Assembly: GCA_964016885.1 (NCBI GenBank)
Contig: OZ024763.1
Location: forward strand, 11,966,001-12,030,000
Length of the DNA: 64,000 nucleotides
Reading direction: 5' to 3'
DNA from: Eledone cirrhosa
Taxonomy: Eukaryota
Under the pieces are notes generated by a model, which searched no databases, had not been told where the DNA came from, and worked only from the letters and a program-made list of their open reading frames with translations. Positions within the stretch are counted from its first letter, which is position 1. Every line of letters begins with the position of its first letter. Shown here one piece after another: positions 13,209 through 26,069 of this stretch. Made by a program: the position numbers and the translations under genes.

Positions 13209-15361
13209 ATGCGAAAACACAACATCGACTTCTCTACCAAGAACATCCCAATCCCACCAAAAAAACTTTACCTTCGGATGCTCACGCAAAAAATCGATCT
13301 ATTTGCGAAAAGACTTAGATGGAGAACTTTTTTCTATGACAGATATTGCGACAACCAAGACTTCGGCACTAAGGAGAGATTCGGATTTATTACCTACAAA
13401 TCTCCGCCCCTGAACCCCTTGCTCGCACCCTTCGAGAATGACCTCTTCCAACTGGTCAAGAACATTAAATTTAAACCCAGACACAACCGATTCCTACAAA
13501 AACTCCGTAGCAACCTAACAGAGTATGATAACACAAATGACATCATGGTGCATTCGGATAAAACTGGGAACCTATACTTTGTCAACCCTGACAGATACCA
13601 CACACTGATCAGGAGCAGCCTAAACTCCACCTATAAAAAGGCCAACCACTCTTGCATCGAGGACATAAATCGAGATGGACAACAAATTACCTCCAGCCTC
13701 GGGGTCGCCGACCGCACGGAACCTCTAGACCCACGGACACCATACTTCACACTGAAGGACCATAAATCCGATTTTGACCGTAAACCCTCTATCAGGCTTA
13801 TTAACCCAACGAAGTCCGACATAGGGAGAATCAGCAAAAAAATCCTAGACCGCGTGATACCAAAAGTCAAGCAACACACCCGACTTAGCCTATGGATCAA
13901 CACCCAGGAAGTAATCTCCTGGTTCAGCAATATGGAGGATAAACGAGAAACTAAATTCATACAGTTCGACATAGAGAGCTACTATGCTTCAATCACCTTA
14001 CCGCTACTTACTGCCGCCTTGGACTTCGCCGAAACACTTGTGCCCATCACCGACCAGGAAAGAAAAATCATCCTCCACGCCAGGAAGATAGTCTTACTCT
14101 TTGACGACTCTAAATGGATAAAAAGAGCTCCCGACTCACCCTTCGACGTCAGCATGGGCGCCACGGATTCGGCGGAGGTCACAGATCTTATAGGATTATT
14201 CCTAATAGCCAAACTCACTGATATGTTTCCTGCATTCGGTGGTGGATTGTACCGTGATGATGGGCTCCTTACCTTTAAAGGGTACAACCCCAGTAGTACA
14301 GATCGGGTCCGGAAACAATTAATCAGATTCTTCCGCGACTGGGGATTTAAAATAACCCTACAAACGTCCCTGACCCGAGTAAACTTCCTGGACGTGACCC
14401 TCGACCTCGAAAACGACCTGTACTACCCATACAGGAAACCTAATGACAATCTGCACTACATCCACCGCCGATCAAACCATCCTAGGAACATCACAAACAA
14501 CCTGGTCAAAAACATCTCCCTCCGCATATCCCGTTTGTCAGCTAATGAGCGGATATTCGATGAACATGCGCCTTATTACAACCAGGCCCTCAAGCGGAGT
14601 GGTTTCCGGGAGGAAATATCCTACTGTCCAGCTCCCATTAGCGGAACCAGCAGGAGACACCGCCGCTCACGCAATGTAACATGGTTCAATCCTCCCCACA
14701 ACGCAGAGGTGACAACTCCCATCGGGAAACTATTCTTTAGGCTCATTGAAAAACACTTCCCATTACAACACCGCTACCACAACATAATTAACAAAAATAC
14801 CATCAAACTCTCATACAGCACTACACCAAACTTCGCACAAAACATCGTCTCCTCTAACAACAAAAAACTCAACCCCGATAGCAGAAATAACCTAAATAGC
14901 AGTGGAGAACCGACCAGGAGGTGTAACTGCCCGGATAGATCTATTTGCCCACTCGACAATAGATGCAGAGACCGTAATGTGATCTACCAGTGCAACGTGA
15001 GGACGGATACCTCCAACAAACCTATATAGGACTTACCGCATGTGACTTCAAGACCCGGCTATACCAACATAGACATACCTTCCGAAACCCGGCCCGGCGT
15101 CACGCCACTACACTTTCGGGCCACATATGGGACCTCAAGGACAACAACATCACCTATGATCTCACTTGGAGATTACTGTCCAGAGCCAATTCTTACACGG
15201 GAGGACGCCGTCCGTGCAATTTATGCTCGGAGGAAACTTTACAAATGCTGTTTTCGACGGACCAACTCCTAAACAAGAAAGATGAACTGGTCACTGCATG
15301 TAAACATAGATTGTGTAGGACTTACCTCGCCCTCAAACCCCATAATGACCCAGGGGGGTAG
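13209..15361 (+). CDS. PLE reverse transcriptase / GIY-YIG endonuclease polyprotein with one 1-bp frameshift near 15020
   Basis: ATG at 13209. Motifs FSTKNIPIP, SDKTGNLY, TLKDHK, RLINPTKS, FIQFDIESYY, FDVSMGATDSAE, GLYRDDGL, VNFLDV, WFNPP, CNCPDRSICPLDNRC, VIYQ...TYIGLT...FKTRLYQH...CNLCSEE...LLNKKDE. Adding one A in aacaaacctat fuses ORFs 13032-15029 and 14990-15361. Confidence 0.92.
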
Positions 15362-16463
15362 ACTAGGGCTATAACACCCCACTTGCCGATTTTGCAATGG
15401 GTAACCCCTGCTTGCCAAGGAAGACGTAAGATCTTCTTTGTTTTCTTTTATCGCTTCCTTTATTTCCTTCCCCCCTCTCTCCTTAGTCCTTCTACCCCAG
15501 CTCTTCTCCTTTGTCGGCGTCTTTTCTCGCCCACCCGAGGCTGCCCTTTGGCCCCATGTAGCCTTAGTACCCCCACCACCCCCTCCCCTAGTCTATGATA
15601 GATTTGGCGGACTCCGCCCTTTATAGCAGTTGGCTTAGATCCCGGATACCTGCCCCCTTTTTCCGACCGCTCCCACTATTCTCGGTGCCCTCTATATTTC
15701 TTAGTGGCACCTATGCCTTATTTTTTCGTTTCAGTATTTCTTGCTTCGCTTTTCTTCTGGGCAGGGTGGATTCTGAATTTATTTCTCCGTATTCTACCTT
15801 TATTTCGTACAAACTTTCATGTAGCTTGTTTTAGATCTTTTAGAGTTAGCATTAGTATATATTTTTCTCGGGACTCAGAATTATTATCTCGTACAAGTTC
15901 ACTTTGCTGCACTGGGTCATTGCTGGCCCGGGATGGAAACCTTTATTGTTTATTTCGTGGTAGTCTCTTTAGTATGTTGGCCCCTTTTGTTGACCCGTCA
16001 CCGTATCATTTACGTACTTATACCTCTTAAAAGGGTCCTTGCCTATTCCGTCCCACCTAGTTCTTTTACTTATTTCGTTATTTCTTTATTTATTTATTTA
16101 TTTACTTCTTTCTTTCTTTCTTTATTTCATTCTAGCCTAACAATAGCCTGACACCTAGGTCGTAGAATTTAATTTACTTTACTTTTTTCTTTACACTTAT
16201 TTGCTTTTCTTCACTCTCAGTATTTTTTCTTTCCTATTTCTACCCCCCATTGTTCTACCTACCGTTCCGACTTCCTCCCCCTCCCCTGTATCTTCTTTGA
16301 CCTCATGCCCAGCTGTAGCTGGCACTACCAACGCTTGATTGGGTCTACTCCACCCCCTCCCCTCTTTCTCCTACTGGCAGGTTTAGCCACCATCTCCCCT
16401 ACTAATTTGCAACCACAGAATTACTACTGACTTTTGACAATCACTTTGACCATATATGGAATT

Positions 16464-16557
16464 ACCCCTTGAGAAGATCGGCTATTTAAATACCAGGATA
16501 AATTTTCATTTAGTCCAGAATTAGCCGTCGAAACGGCTTGAGCTCAGCTGTCGGGGT
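16464..16557 (+). ncRNA. Type I hammerhead ribozyme (U3-A8 core variant) in the PLE pLTR
   Basis: Stem I ACCCC/GGGGU; core UUGAGAA; stem II GA(U)CGGCUA/UAGCCGUC; GAAA; stem III ACGGC/GCUGU; cleavage triplet GUC at 16550-16552. Confidence 0.8.
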
Positions 16558-16567
16558 CTTACTGGTT

Positions 16568-16619
<52 letters not shown>

Positions 16620-16620
<1 letters not shown>

Positions 16621-16896
16621 ATGCATGCCCTCGTGTGCCCCCAGCAGCACGTTGAGCCAGTGCTTATCTCGGTCATGGCATGAAGCGACTGAGAGTACAA
16701 GACTCACCCCTGGACCGGATGCCAGTCCATCACAGGTTTAAACCCTCAGATATTGCTGGTACTCATTTTCAGTTGAGTATACTGGAGCAACGTGAAATGA
16801 AGTGTTTTGCTCAAGAACACAACACACAACCCAGCCCAGGAGTTGAACCCACAACATTATGATTGTAGGTCCAACACCCTTACCACTAGGCCACAT

Positions 16897-16897
<1 letters not shown>
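16620..16897 (-). mobile_element. tRNA-derived SINE (second family)
   Basis: Minus strand catgtggcctagtggtaaggg...gggttcaactcctgg...ttgagcaaaacacttcatttcacgttgctccag; similar to 37828-38065. Confidence 0.7.
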
Positions 16898-16948
<51 letters not shown>

Positions 16949-16974
16949 TACAGTTTCTAATATATTATTACTTG

Positions 16975-17160
16975 TGGATTGGCAGTATCGGTAGAGGGTC
17001 AGACGCCATGCTTTCCACCATAGTTACATCCCTTTACAATCTGAGTTCAAATCCCACCGAGGTTGACTTTGCCTTTCATCCTTACGGGGTCGATAAAATA
17101 AAGTACCAGTAATGCACTGGGTAATTGCTGGCCTTGTGCCTAAAGTAGAAACAATTATTA
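16975..17160 (+). mobile_element. Octopus-type tRNA SINE (OK/OR-like)
   Basis: ggattggcagtatcggtagag...gagttcaaatccc...gcctttcatccttacggggtcgataaaataaagtaccagt; further copies at 36512, 37051, 42891, 46880 and 57230. Confidence 0.75.
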
Positions 17161-17512
17161 CTTCCTAAATCTATAAAAAAAAAAGGTTCCTTTCATCAGA
17201 CATTCCACACTTCACTCTATTATACCTTGTACTATTAAATACAGCAATTACTTCACATTACAACCTTCACTGCCATCTCCTCCACAACCACCACCACTTA
17301 TCTTCTTCTTTACTTCCCACCTTTTTCTTCACATGTGATATTTGTTAGTCACACACCCCCACACATCCTTCCACCCACACTTTATATAGTTTTACTTCTC
17401 ACACCATTTCTTCACCATATACTGTATATGTATATATAGTACCCTTTGAATCACTTGTATATACATCACCTTAATGAACACTCATTATATACACACCTTA
17501 CTAATTACTATA

Positions 17513-17546
<34 letters not shown>

Positions 17547-18200
17547 TATATATATATATATATATGTGTGTGTATGTATACATATATATATATATAACAC
17601 ATATATATGTCAATTTACTAAACACTTAGTATTATTTACATCACCTTACTAAATACTTATATAACACCTTAGTAATTATATATATCTATATATATCTGGT
17701 CTACTGCGACTACAACTTTGATATATACCTAATTATATATATAAAAAGGTGACAGTTATATCATCATCATCATCTTCATCATCGTTTAATGTCTATCTTC
17801 CACGCTAGCATGGGTTTAGATGGGAATTGTCCCACTTGAGGCAAGATTGGTTGTCTTGCTCGTATAGGACTGTCCGGCGGGTTTTTTATGGCTGAATGCC
17901 CTTCCTAACACCAACATATATATATATATATATATATAAAGCCAAAATCAGTTCCATATGAGCAAGACATGGTCACCTGACCTGCCATTGCCCACAACAG
18001 GATAACCCACCTAACCCATGCTGGGTTGGAAGAATGGACGTAAAACGATGATGATGATATATATATTTAATTACATAATAAACAACACAATATAATTCCA
18101 TTACCAAAGGTTTTGAGAAACTAGGCAATTCTTACAGAAATGTCCAGCCCATTCATCAGACTAAATAATTATGTTTTAGATATAAATTTTGAAAATGATT

Positions 18201-18230
<30 letters not shown>

Positions 18231-18233
<3 letters not shown>

Positions 18234-18678
18234 CGGTATTAAATAAATGGAAACTATATTTATAAAACCATATTTATTTCATTGTACATATTTCAGGGAT
18301 ACCAAATTAAAATATGATATGCCTTCATCAGACAAAATACAATATATAAACAGTTTTATAAATAATTTTGACATACCCTATTAGATGCAACCATTATTTT
18401 TGGAAGCTGTCTGGATAGCTTCCAAAAATAATGGTTGCATCTAATAGGGTACGTCAAAATTATTTATAAAACTGTTTATATATTGTATTTTGTCTGATGA
18501 AGGCATACCATATTTTAATTTGGTATCCCTGAAATATGTATAATGAAATAAATATGGTTTTATAAATATAGTTTCCATTTATTTAATATCGTATATCTAC
18601 TCCAAAAACTTGTCGAGTGCTTTATATCAGTTATAAAATATTTACTTGTTGTATCCCAACAATTTTAAATAGAACTTT

Positions 18679-18682
<4 letters not shown>
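18231..18682 (+). mobile_element. PLE-derived asymmetric palindrome (family C): 181-bp inverted arms plus 88-nt tail, in (TA)n
   Basis: 18231-18411 is the near-perfect reverse complement of 18414-18594; each arm carries a hammerhead; tail at 18595-18682. Confidence 0.85.
18486..18550 (+). ncRNA. Type I hammerhead ribozyme (family C); mirror copy at 18275-18339 (-)
   Basis: Stem I UAUUUUGU/AUGAAAUA; CUGAUGA; stem II AGGCAUACCA/UGGUAUCCCU; GAAA; minimal stem III; AUA triplet. Confidence 0.72.
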
Positions 18683-18746
<64 letters not shown>

Positions 18747-18752
<6 letters not shown>

Positions 18753-18830
18753 GTTGCAGCATAAATTGCCGCCGTTTTTTATTTAGAAGTTTTATAAGAA
18801 CGGCGAGAATTTATGTTACAACCCAACACA
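18747..18830. mobile_element. Tiny mariner-type MITE (MADE-like)
   Basis: TIRs tattgggttgcagcataaattgccgccgtt / aacggcgagaatttatgttacaacccaaca, in a TA context. Confidence 0.7.
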
Positions 18831-19149
18831 TATATATGTATATATTCATTATTTAAGCAAATCAAGACCACAAAACTCACGTAGTAGACGTTAGTTAAAG
18901 AGTGTCAACATTAATTGCAGTTTAATGTAAGGAATAATAATGTCAGTTTACAATTGTTTCACTACTCCATATAATGTTTCTGCATATTGCGCATTGAGCA
19001 CATGCCTTAGGCTTTTGGCCAAGGAATGATTATGTTCGTTCCTGACTCTGGAATCGAAAGCTCCTCAGGTATGTGTTCTCACATGTAGACTCGCATACTT
19101 TTCCTTCTATATACAGCCTCTGTCAATTGTCTTATATATGTAATATATG

Positions 19150-19700
19150 ACACTGGTGCCACAACAAAAAGCACCCAGTACACGCTGTAAAATGGTTGGT
19201 GTTAGGAAGGGCATTCAGCCATAGAAGCCATGCTCCCACTACATGCTGTAAAATGGTTGGTGTTAGGAAGGGCATTCAGCCATAGAAACCATGCTCCCAC
19301 TACATGCTGTAAAATGGTTGGTGTTAGGAAGGGCATTCAGCCATAGAAGCCATGCTCCCACTACACGCTGTAAAATGGTTGGTGTTAGGAAGGGCATTCA
19401 ACCATAGAAACCATGCTCCCAGTACATGCTGTAAAGTGGTTGGTGTTAGGAAGGGCATTCAGCCATAGAAACCATGCTCCCAGTACATGCTGTAAAGTGG
19501 TTGGGGTTAGGAAGGGCATCAAGACATAGAAAACTTACTCCCAGTACACTCTGTAAAGATGTTGGTAATAAGGAAGGATATCCAGCCTTAGAAACCAAGC
19601 AAAGAAAAAAGTGGCTGGGTAGGACCTAGCCATCTGACTATTCTGGCCTCACCACACAACAGTTGTCAAACTCATGCAACCATGGAAACTAGCTGCTAAA
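19150..19700 (+). repeat. RTE/SINE 3' tail with a 61-bp segment amplified about 7 times
   Basis: Unit tacatgctgtaaaatggttggtgttaggaagggcattcagccatagaaaccatgctcccac. Confidence 0.8.
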
Positions 19701-19922
19701 TAATTATATATGTATATGATTTTATTTATCATATATATATATCTTGTTGTACTTTGGGAGGGTCATGTTGCCAATAAAAACACAGGCACCTGTTGGTTTT
19801 CACTTCAAGTTAATATAAATCTCTGGTTGGTTCCTATTAACAGCATGACCCTCTCAAAGTATAATAATATGTTTCAACACAGGTATTTAGATAAGAAATC
19901 TTGCAAAACAAATTAAAAAATG

Positions 19923-20007
<85 letters not shown>

Positions 20008-20487
20008 CGTGCGTGTATAAATCACTATCTTTATAATGTTTACCTTGTCTTTGGTTACACCTGAGTTGTTTATTATTATCTACTTTACTAATAATCCCTC
20101 TCACTTCCTCTCTATCTCTCCCACCCTCTATCTTTCCCCTCTGTCAGTCTCTCCTCTCTCTCTCTCTCTCTCCCCATCTCTCTCTCCCCCTCTCTTTCCC
20201 CCTCTCTTTCCCTCTCTCCTTTGACATTTTTCACCAGTTCCCATATGAATATCAATAGTAATAATAAAAACAATCCCACCCCCCTTCTCTCCCCTCCTCT
20301 TTGTCTCTGTCTAAGCATTGATATGTTTCCGGGGGGGGGGGGGTTCCCATGTAATGATGATGATGATAACAATACACCCCCCCTTCCCCCCACATGCCAC
20401 ACAATTTATATACACAGTCACCACGACAACAACCCACACAATATATTCTGCACATACACTAATCAAATTATATATATATATATATAA

Positions 20488-20529
<42 letters not shown>

Positions 20530-20556
20530 ATACATATATATATACATATATGTGTA

Positions 20557-20605
<49 letters not shown>

Positions 20606-20729
20606 GTGTATATATATATACATATATATGTATATATATATATATATATGTATATACATATCTACATATATATATGTATATATATATGTATATACATATG
20701 TATCTACATATATATATATATGTATATAC

Positions 20730-20760
<31 letters not shown>

Positions 20761-21030
20761 CATATATATATATACATATATATACATATATACATATATA
20801 TACATATACATATATTTCACCAGCATAACAACAACAACATCCCACTCACAATACATATTCTACACAATTTCCCACCTATCTAATCTGTGTTGAAGTGGGT
20901 GTGTTTTGTGTATTTATGGAATGTATATGTACACACACACACACACTATAAATGTACAAATATCTAGGTGGGAGCAGGGTCACGGAATCAGTGTGTGTGT
21001 GTGTGTGTGTATCTGTGTATATATATATAA

Positions 21031-21258
21031 GTAGAAGTTGTATCTAATTTGTTGGAAGTCCGACAAACCTATTTCCACTATCCAGTGAATTTCCAACCGA
21101 TAAGCTATGATTTTCATGGGTATGTCTCTATCTATATTTATAAAACAAACTTTGTATTTTATCTGATGAAAGCGTACCAATGTTGTCTTGGTTGCTCTTG
21201 AAATATATATAATAAATATGGTTTTATAAATACAGTTTCCATTTATTTAATATCATTG
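21031..21258 (+). mobile_element. PLE family C remnant (inverted tail end plus pLTR with hammerhead core at about 21155-21218)
   Basis: tattttatCTGATGAaagcgtaccaa...ttggttgctcttGAAAtatatataataaata; ends at the same point as the 18594 arm. Confidence 0.7.
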
Positions 21259-21267
21259 TATATATAT

Positions 21268-21608
21268 CATCATCATCATCATTTCATTTTACGTCCGCTT
21301 TTTTCCTTGCTTGCAAGGGTGGGACGGGAACTGATTCTCGCTTGCTTTCTACAGCTGGATGCCCTTCCTAACACCAACCTCATTTACAGTGAGTGCTGGG
21401 TGCTTTTTTGCCGTGGCACCTCCATGACCACTTTGCAGTGGAATGATAGGGACCCCAGTCCTCTCATCTCATTTCTACAGCTGAGTAAACTGGAGCAATG
21501 TGAAATAAAGTATCTTGTTCAAGGAAACAACACATCACTCGGTCTGAGAATTGAACTCACAACCTTTCGATTGCAAGTCCAATGCTCTAACCACTAAGCC
21601 ATGTGCCA
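21268..21608 (-). mobile_element. tRNA-derived SINE with RTE-type tail
   Basis: Same family as 745-1157. Confidence 0.85.
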
Positions 21609-21676
21609 TATATTCTTTTACTCTTTTACCTGCTCCAGCAATCCAGCTGAGGCCATGCTGGAGCATCGCCTATATA

Positions 21677-21713
<37 letters not shown>

Positions 21714-21720
21714 ATACATA

Positions 21721-22030
21721 CAGTGAAGCTACATGACTTAATGGTTAGAGCGGTGGGTTTGCAATCTTGAGATTGAGTTTGATTCTTGAACCAGGTGATG
21801 TGTTATCTCCTTGAGCAAGACACTTTACTTCATGTTGCTCCAGTTTACTCAGCTGTAGAAATGAGTTGTGACGTCACTGGTGCCAAGCTGTATCGGCCAT
21901 TGCCTTTCCCTTGGACATCATTGGTGGCGTGGAGAGGGGAGGCTGGTATGTGTGGGTGACTGATGGTCTTTCACAAACCACCTTGCCTGGAGGGGGAACT
22001 TTCTAGGTGCAAGTCCCTTGGTCATTTGTG
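21721..22030 (+). mobile_element. tRNA-derived SINE with the same core but a different 3' end
   Basis: Degenerate tRNA head, core ttgagcaagacactttac...cagctgtagaaatgag, then a distinct tail. Confidence 0.65.
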
Positions 22031-22649
22031 ACCAAAGGGTGTCTTTACCTTTTTATATGTACATATATATATATATATCATTACCTTTTTATATGTACAT
22101 ATATATATATATATCATTACCTTTTTATATGTACATATATATATATATATCATTTAACGTCCACTTTCCAAACTAGCATGGGTTAGACGGTTTGTCCCAT
22201 TTAAGGCAAGTTGGATCAGATGACCATGTCTTGGTCATATGGAACTGTTTCTGGATATATATATATATATATTATAGTTGAAACAGTAAACAAATAAACA
22301 ACAAAATGTTAATATTAGTTTCACGCTTGAGAGTGGGGGGAGGGGGATATATATATTTATTTATTTATTTATTTATAAGTGGAATGGATACATATTGTAT
22401 ATCTGTAATAATAAATGTGAATTTCTGTGCTATCTAGTGTCAGGAAGTATAGGTTTTAAGTTTGCATGGTTTTTCTGTTGTGAAAAAAATTTAGACTTTT
22501 AATTATAAGTGATTTGCAACACTACACCTTCCTTGAGATGATGATAAACTACTGTTTTATTCAAATGTCAGTACAGACTTAATTCTCATTGAAAGTACTG
22601 GGCTGGGTTATTTCAGTCATGCTTCAATGCATTACTGGTTCATCTTTAC

Positions 22650-23412
22650 TTAACCCTTTAGCATTCAAACCAGCCGTATCCCGCAAGAAATGTCTCACCT
22701 CTTTCTGTTCAAACTGGCTGTAACTGGCCATTAATACTGATGTTGAGGTATTGTTCTCAAAATAAATAACATCAAAATCTCATAGATTTGATATTATGTG
22801 AGATGATTATATAAGATAAAGTGTTTACTACAAAAATACAATAGTATATATAGAGTAATGTGAATGCTAAAGGGTTAAGTTGTTGTGGTGCTGCTGGGGG
22901 AGTACTGTTTTGTAGAGAAAAAATATGACTGTGTTATAAATTAAATAAACCATGAGATGAAATATGTTGATGTGAGTTTGTATAATGTTGATGTCAAAAA
23001 TATAGTTCTCCTTTTTCATATATTTGTATGACATTGATAGGGATACATTAACCCTTTAGCATTTAAACCAGCCGTATCTTTCTGTTCAAACCGGTCATAA
23101 CATGCCACTCATACTGATGTTAAGGTATTGTTCTCAAAATAATATCAAAATCTCATAGATTCGATATTATGTGAAAATACAATAGTATATATATAGTGTA
23201 ATGTAAATGCTAAAGGGTTAACTCTATATTTAGTATTGTATTTTCTCGGAAAGGCTTTACCTCACATAATATTGAATCATTGAGATTTTAATATATTTAT
23301 TTTGAGAACAATACCTTAACATAAGTATGAGTGGCTGGCTACAGCCAGTTTGAACAGAAAGTGGTGAGAAAATTCTGGCCGGATATGGCTGGTTTAAATG
23401 CTAAAGAGTTAA
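22650..23412. mobile_element. Cluster of piggyBac-like MITEs (TTAA target, TIR CCCTTTAGCATT)
   Basis: 22650-22878 and about 23048-23221 each run TTAAccctttagcatt...aatgctaaagggTTAA; a third reversed partial copy extends to 23412. Confidence 0.8.
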
Positions 23413-23450
23413 GGGTTGATGTGTCTGTAGAATTCAGTCACTTAGATGTG

Positions 23451-25006
23451 ATATAGTATTGAACAACACTGAAATACAGTATTGAACAGTGAAATACAGT
23501 ATTGAACAGTGAAATACAGTATTGAACAGTGTAATATAGTATTGGACAGTGTAATATAGTATTGAACAGTGTAATACAGTATTGAACAGTGAAATATAGT
23601 ATTGAACAGTGTAATACAGTATTGGACAGTGTAATATAGTATTGAACAGTGTAATATAGTATTGAACAGTGTAATACAGTATTGAACAGTGAAATATAGT
23701 ATTGAACAGTGTAATACAGTATTGAACAGTGTAATATAGTATTGGACAGTGTAATATAGTATTGAACAGTGTAATACAGTATTGAACAGTGAAATATAGT
23801 ATTGAACAGTGTAATACAGTATTGGACAGTGTAATATAGTATTGAACACTGTAATATAGTATTGGGCAGTGTAATATAGTATTGAACACTGTAATATAGT
23901 ATTGGACAGTGTAATATAGTATTGAACACTGTAATATAGTATTGGACAGTGTAATATAGTATTGAACACTGTAATATAGTATTGGACAGTGTAATATAGT
24001 ATTGAACACTGTAATATAGTATTGGACAGTGTAATATAGTATTGAACACTGTAATATAGTATTGGACAGTGTAATATAGTATTGAACACTGTAATATAGT
24101 ATTGAACAGTAGTGTAATATAGTATTGGACAGTGTAATATAGTATTGAACAGTGTAATATAGTATTGAACAGTGTAATATGGTATTGAACAGTGTAATAT
24201 GGTATTGGGCAGTGTAATATAGTATTGGACAGTGTAACATAGTATTGGACACTGTAATATAGTATTGGACAGTGTAACATAGTATTGGACACTGTAATAT
24301 AGTATTGGACAGTGTAATATAGTATTGAACAGTGTAATATGGTATTGAACACTGTAATATAGTATTGGACACTGTAATATAGTATTGGACAGTGTAATAT
24401 AGTATTGAACAGTGTAATATAGTATTGAACAGTCTAATATAGTATTGGACAGTGTAATATAGTATTGGACACTGTAAAATAGTAAAATAGTATTGGACAG
24501 TGTAATATAGTATTGAACAGTCTAATATAGTATTGAACAGTGTAATATGGTATTGAACAGTCTAATATAGTATTGGACAGTGTAATATGGTATTGAACAG
24601 TCTAATATAGTATTGGACACTGTAAAATAGTATTGGACAGTGTAATATAGTATTCAACAGTCTAATATAGTATTGGACAGTGTAATATAGTATTGAACAG
24701 TCTAATATAGTATTGGACACTGTAATATAGTATTGAACACTGTAATATAGTATTGAACAGTCTAATATAGTATTGGACAGTCTAATATAGTATTGAACAG
24801 TGTAATATAGTATTGAACACTGTAATATAGTATTGGACAGTCTAATATAGTATTGGACAGTCTAATATAGTATTGGACAGTCTAATATAGTATTGGACAG
24901 TCTAATATAGTATTGGACACTGTAATATAGTATTGGACACTGTAATATAGTATTGAACACTGTAATATAGTATTGAACACTGTAATATAGTATTGAACAG
25001 TGTAAT
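23451..25006. repeat. 20-bp minisatellite (attgaacagtgtaatatagt), about 78 copies
   Basis: Direct tandem repetition. Confidence 0.95.
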
Positions 25007-25426
25007 CAATGCAATATTAAAGCTGTTGATAGGAAACCTGATGGATGTTTGCTGAAACTATTTTGTAAAGAGAGAAAAAAAAACTGTAAATAAAACAGAA
25101 AAGGGGGGAAATAGGTGGGGGGAGGGAGGGAGGGTTAGAAATGGAAAAGAGAAGAAAAAACAGAAAGTCAAGACAAAAGCAAGAACAATCCAAAGACACC
25201 CCCCCCCCCATGCCACTGCTTCTCAACATGGATTCTCATAAAGTGCATTTGTGGGCCTTCCAGGTATGGTTTCAAATTAAAAGTGTGAGGGAGAGAGATA
25301 GGGGGAGAGGGTGTGAGAAGGGAGAGTGTGATGGTGAGGGGCTAGAGGCGGGAGAGGCGGGAGAGGGAGAGAAAATTGGGAGGAAGCAAAGATAGGGAGA
25401 CACAAATAGACCCAGAGAGAGTGGGT

Positions 25427-25499
<73 letters not shown>

Positions 25500-25629
25500 A
25501 CACACACATACAGAGAGGTGGGGGGGGGGGAGAAATATTGAACAAGATCTTGTGGTGCCAGATAGCATTAAACCATTATGGTTCTGAAGTGGTGGTGATG
25601 GTGATGATGATGATACATAGCTTCCTTCA

Positions 25630-25995
25630 TCTTGTTGTTACTGTTGTTACTGTTCTTGGTACAGCTGTTTTTGTTGTTATTGTTACTACTGTAGTAGTAG
25701 TAGTAGCAGCAACTGTTGTAGTAGTAGTAGTAGCTGTTGTAGTAGCAGTAACAGTAGTAGTTATAGTAGTAGTAGTAGTAGTAGTAGTTGTAGGAGTTGT
25801 TGTTGTAGTAGTAGTAGTAGCAGCAGTAGTAGTAGCAGCAGCAGTTGTAGTAGTAGTTATATTAGTAGTAGCAGTAGTAGTTATAGTAGTAGTAGTAACA
25901 GTTGTAGTTATAGTAGTAGTAGTAGTAGTAGTAGTAGCAGCAGCAGTAGTAGTAACAGTAGTAGCAGCAGTAGCAGTAGTAGCAGCAGTAGTAGT

Positions 25996-26028
<33 letters not shown>

Positions 26029-26029
26029 T

Positions 26030-26069
<40 letters not shown>

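Larger units (their letters stand above)
13071..16572 (+). mobile_element. Penelope-like retroelement (Naiad-type), near full-length, inserted in (TA)n
   Basis: RT plus GIY-YIG ORF; (TA)n on both sides; 13149-13175 is the exact reverse complement of 16546-16572, plus a 78-nt inverted tail at 13071-13148; hammerhead at the 3' end. Confidence 0.93.

Noticed and set aside
13209-15361. Selenoprotein recoding (described for some Naiad PLEs)
   Set aside because: No in-frame TGA in the ORF; the only interruption is a frameshift, and no convincing SECIS was seen.
23451-25006. CRISPR-like array
   Set aside because: Head-to-tail 20-bp units without unique spacers, no cas genes, eukaryotic context.
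25210-25270. Possible host coding exon ending CAG/GTATGG
   Set aside because: Too short, no recognisable homology and no partner exon identified.
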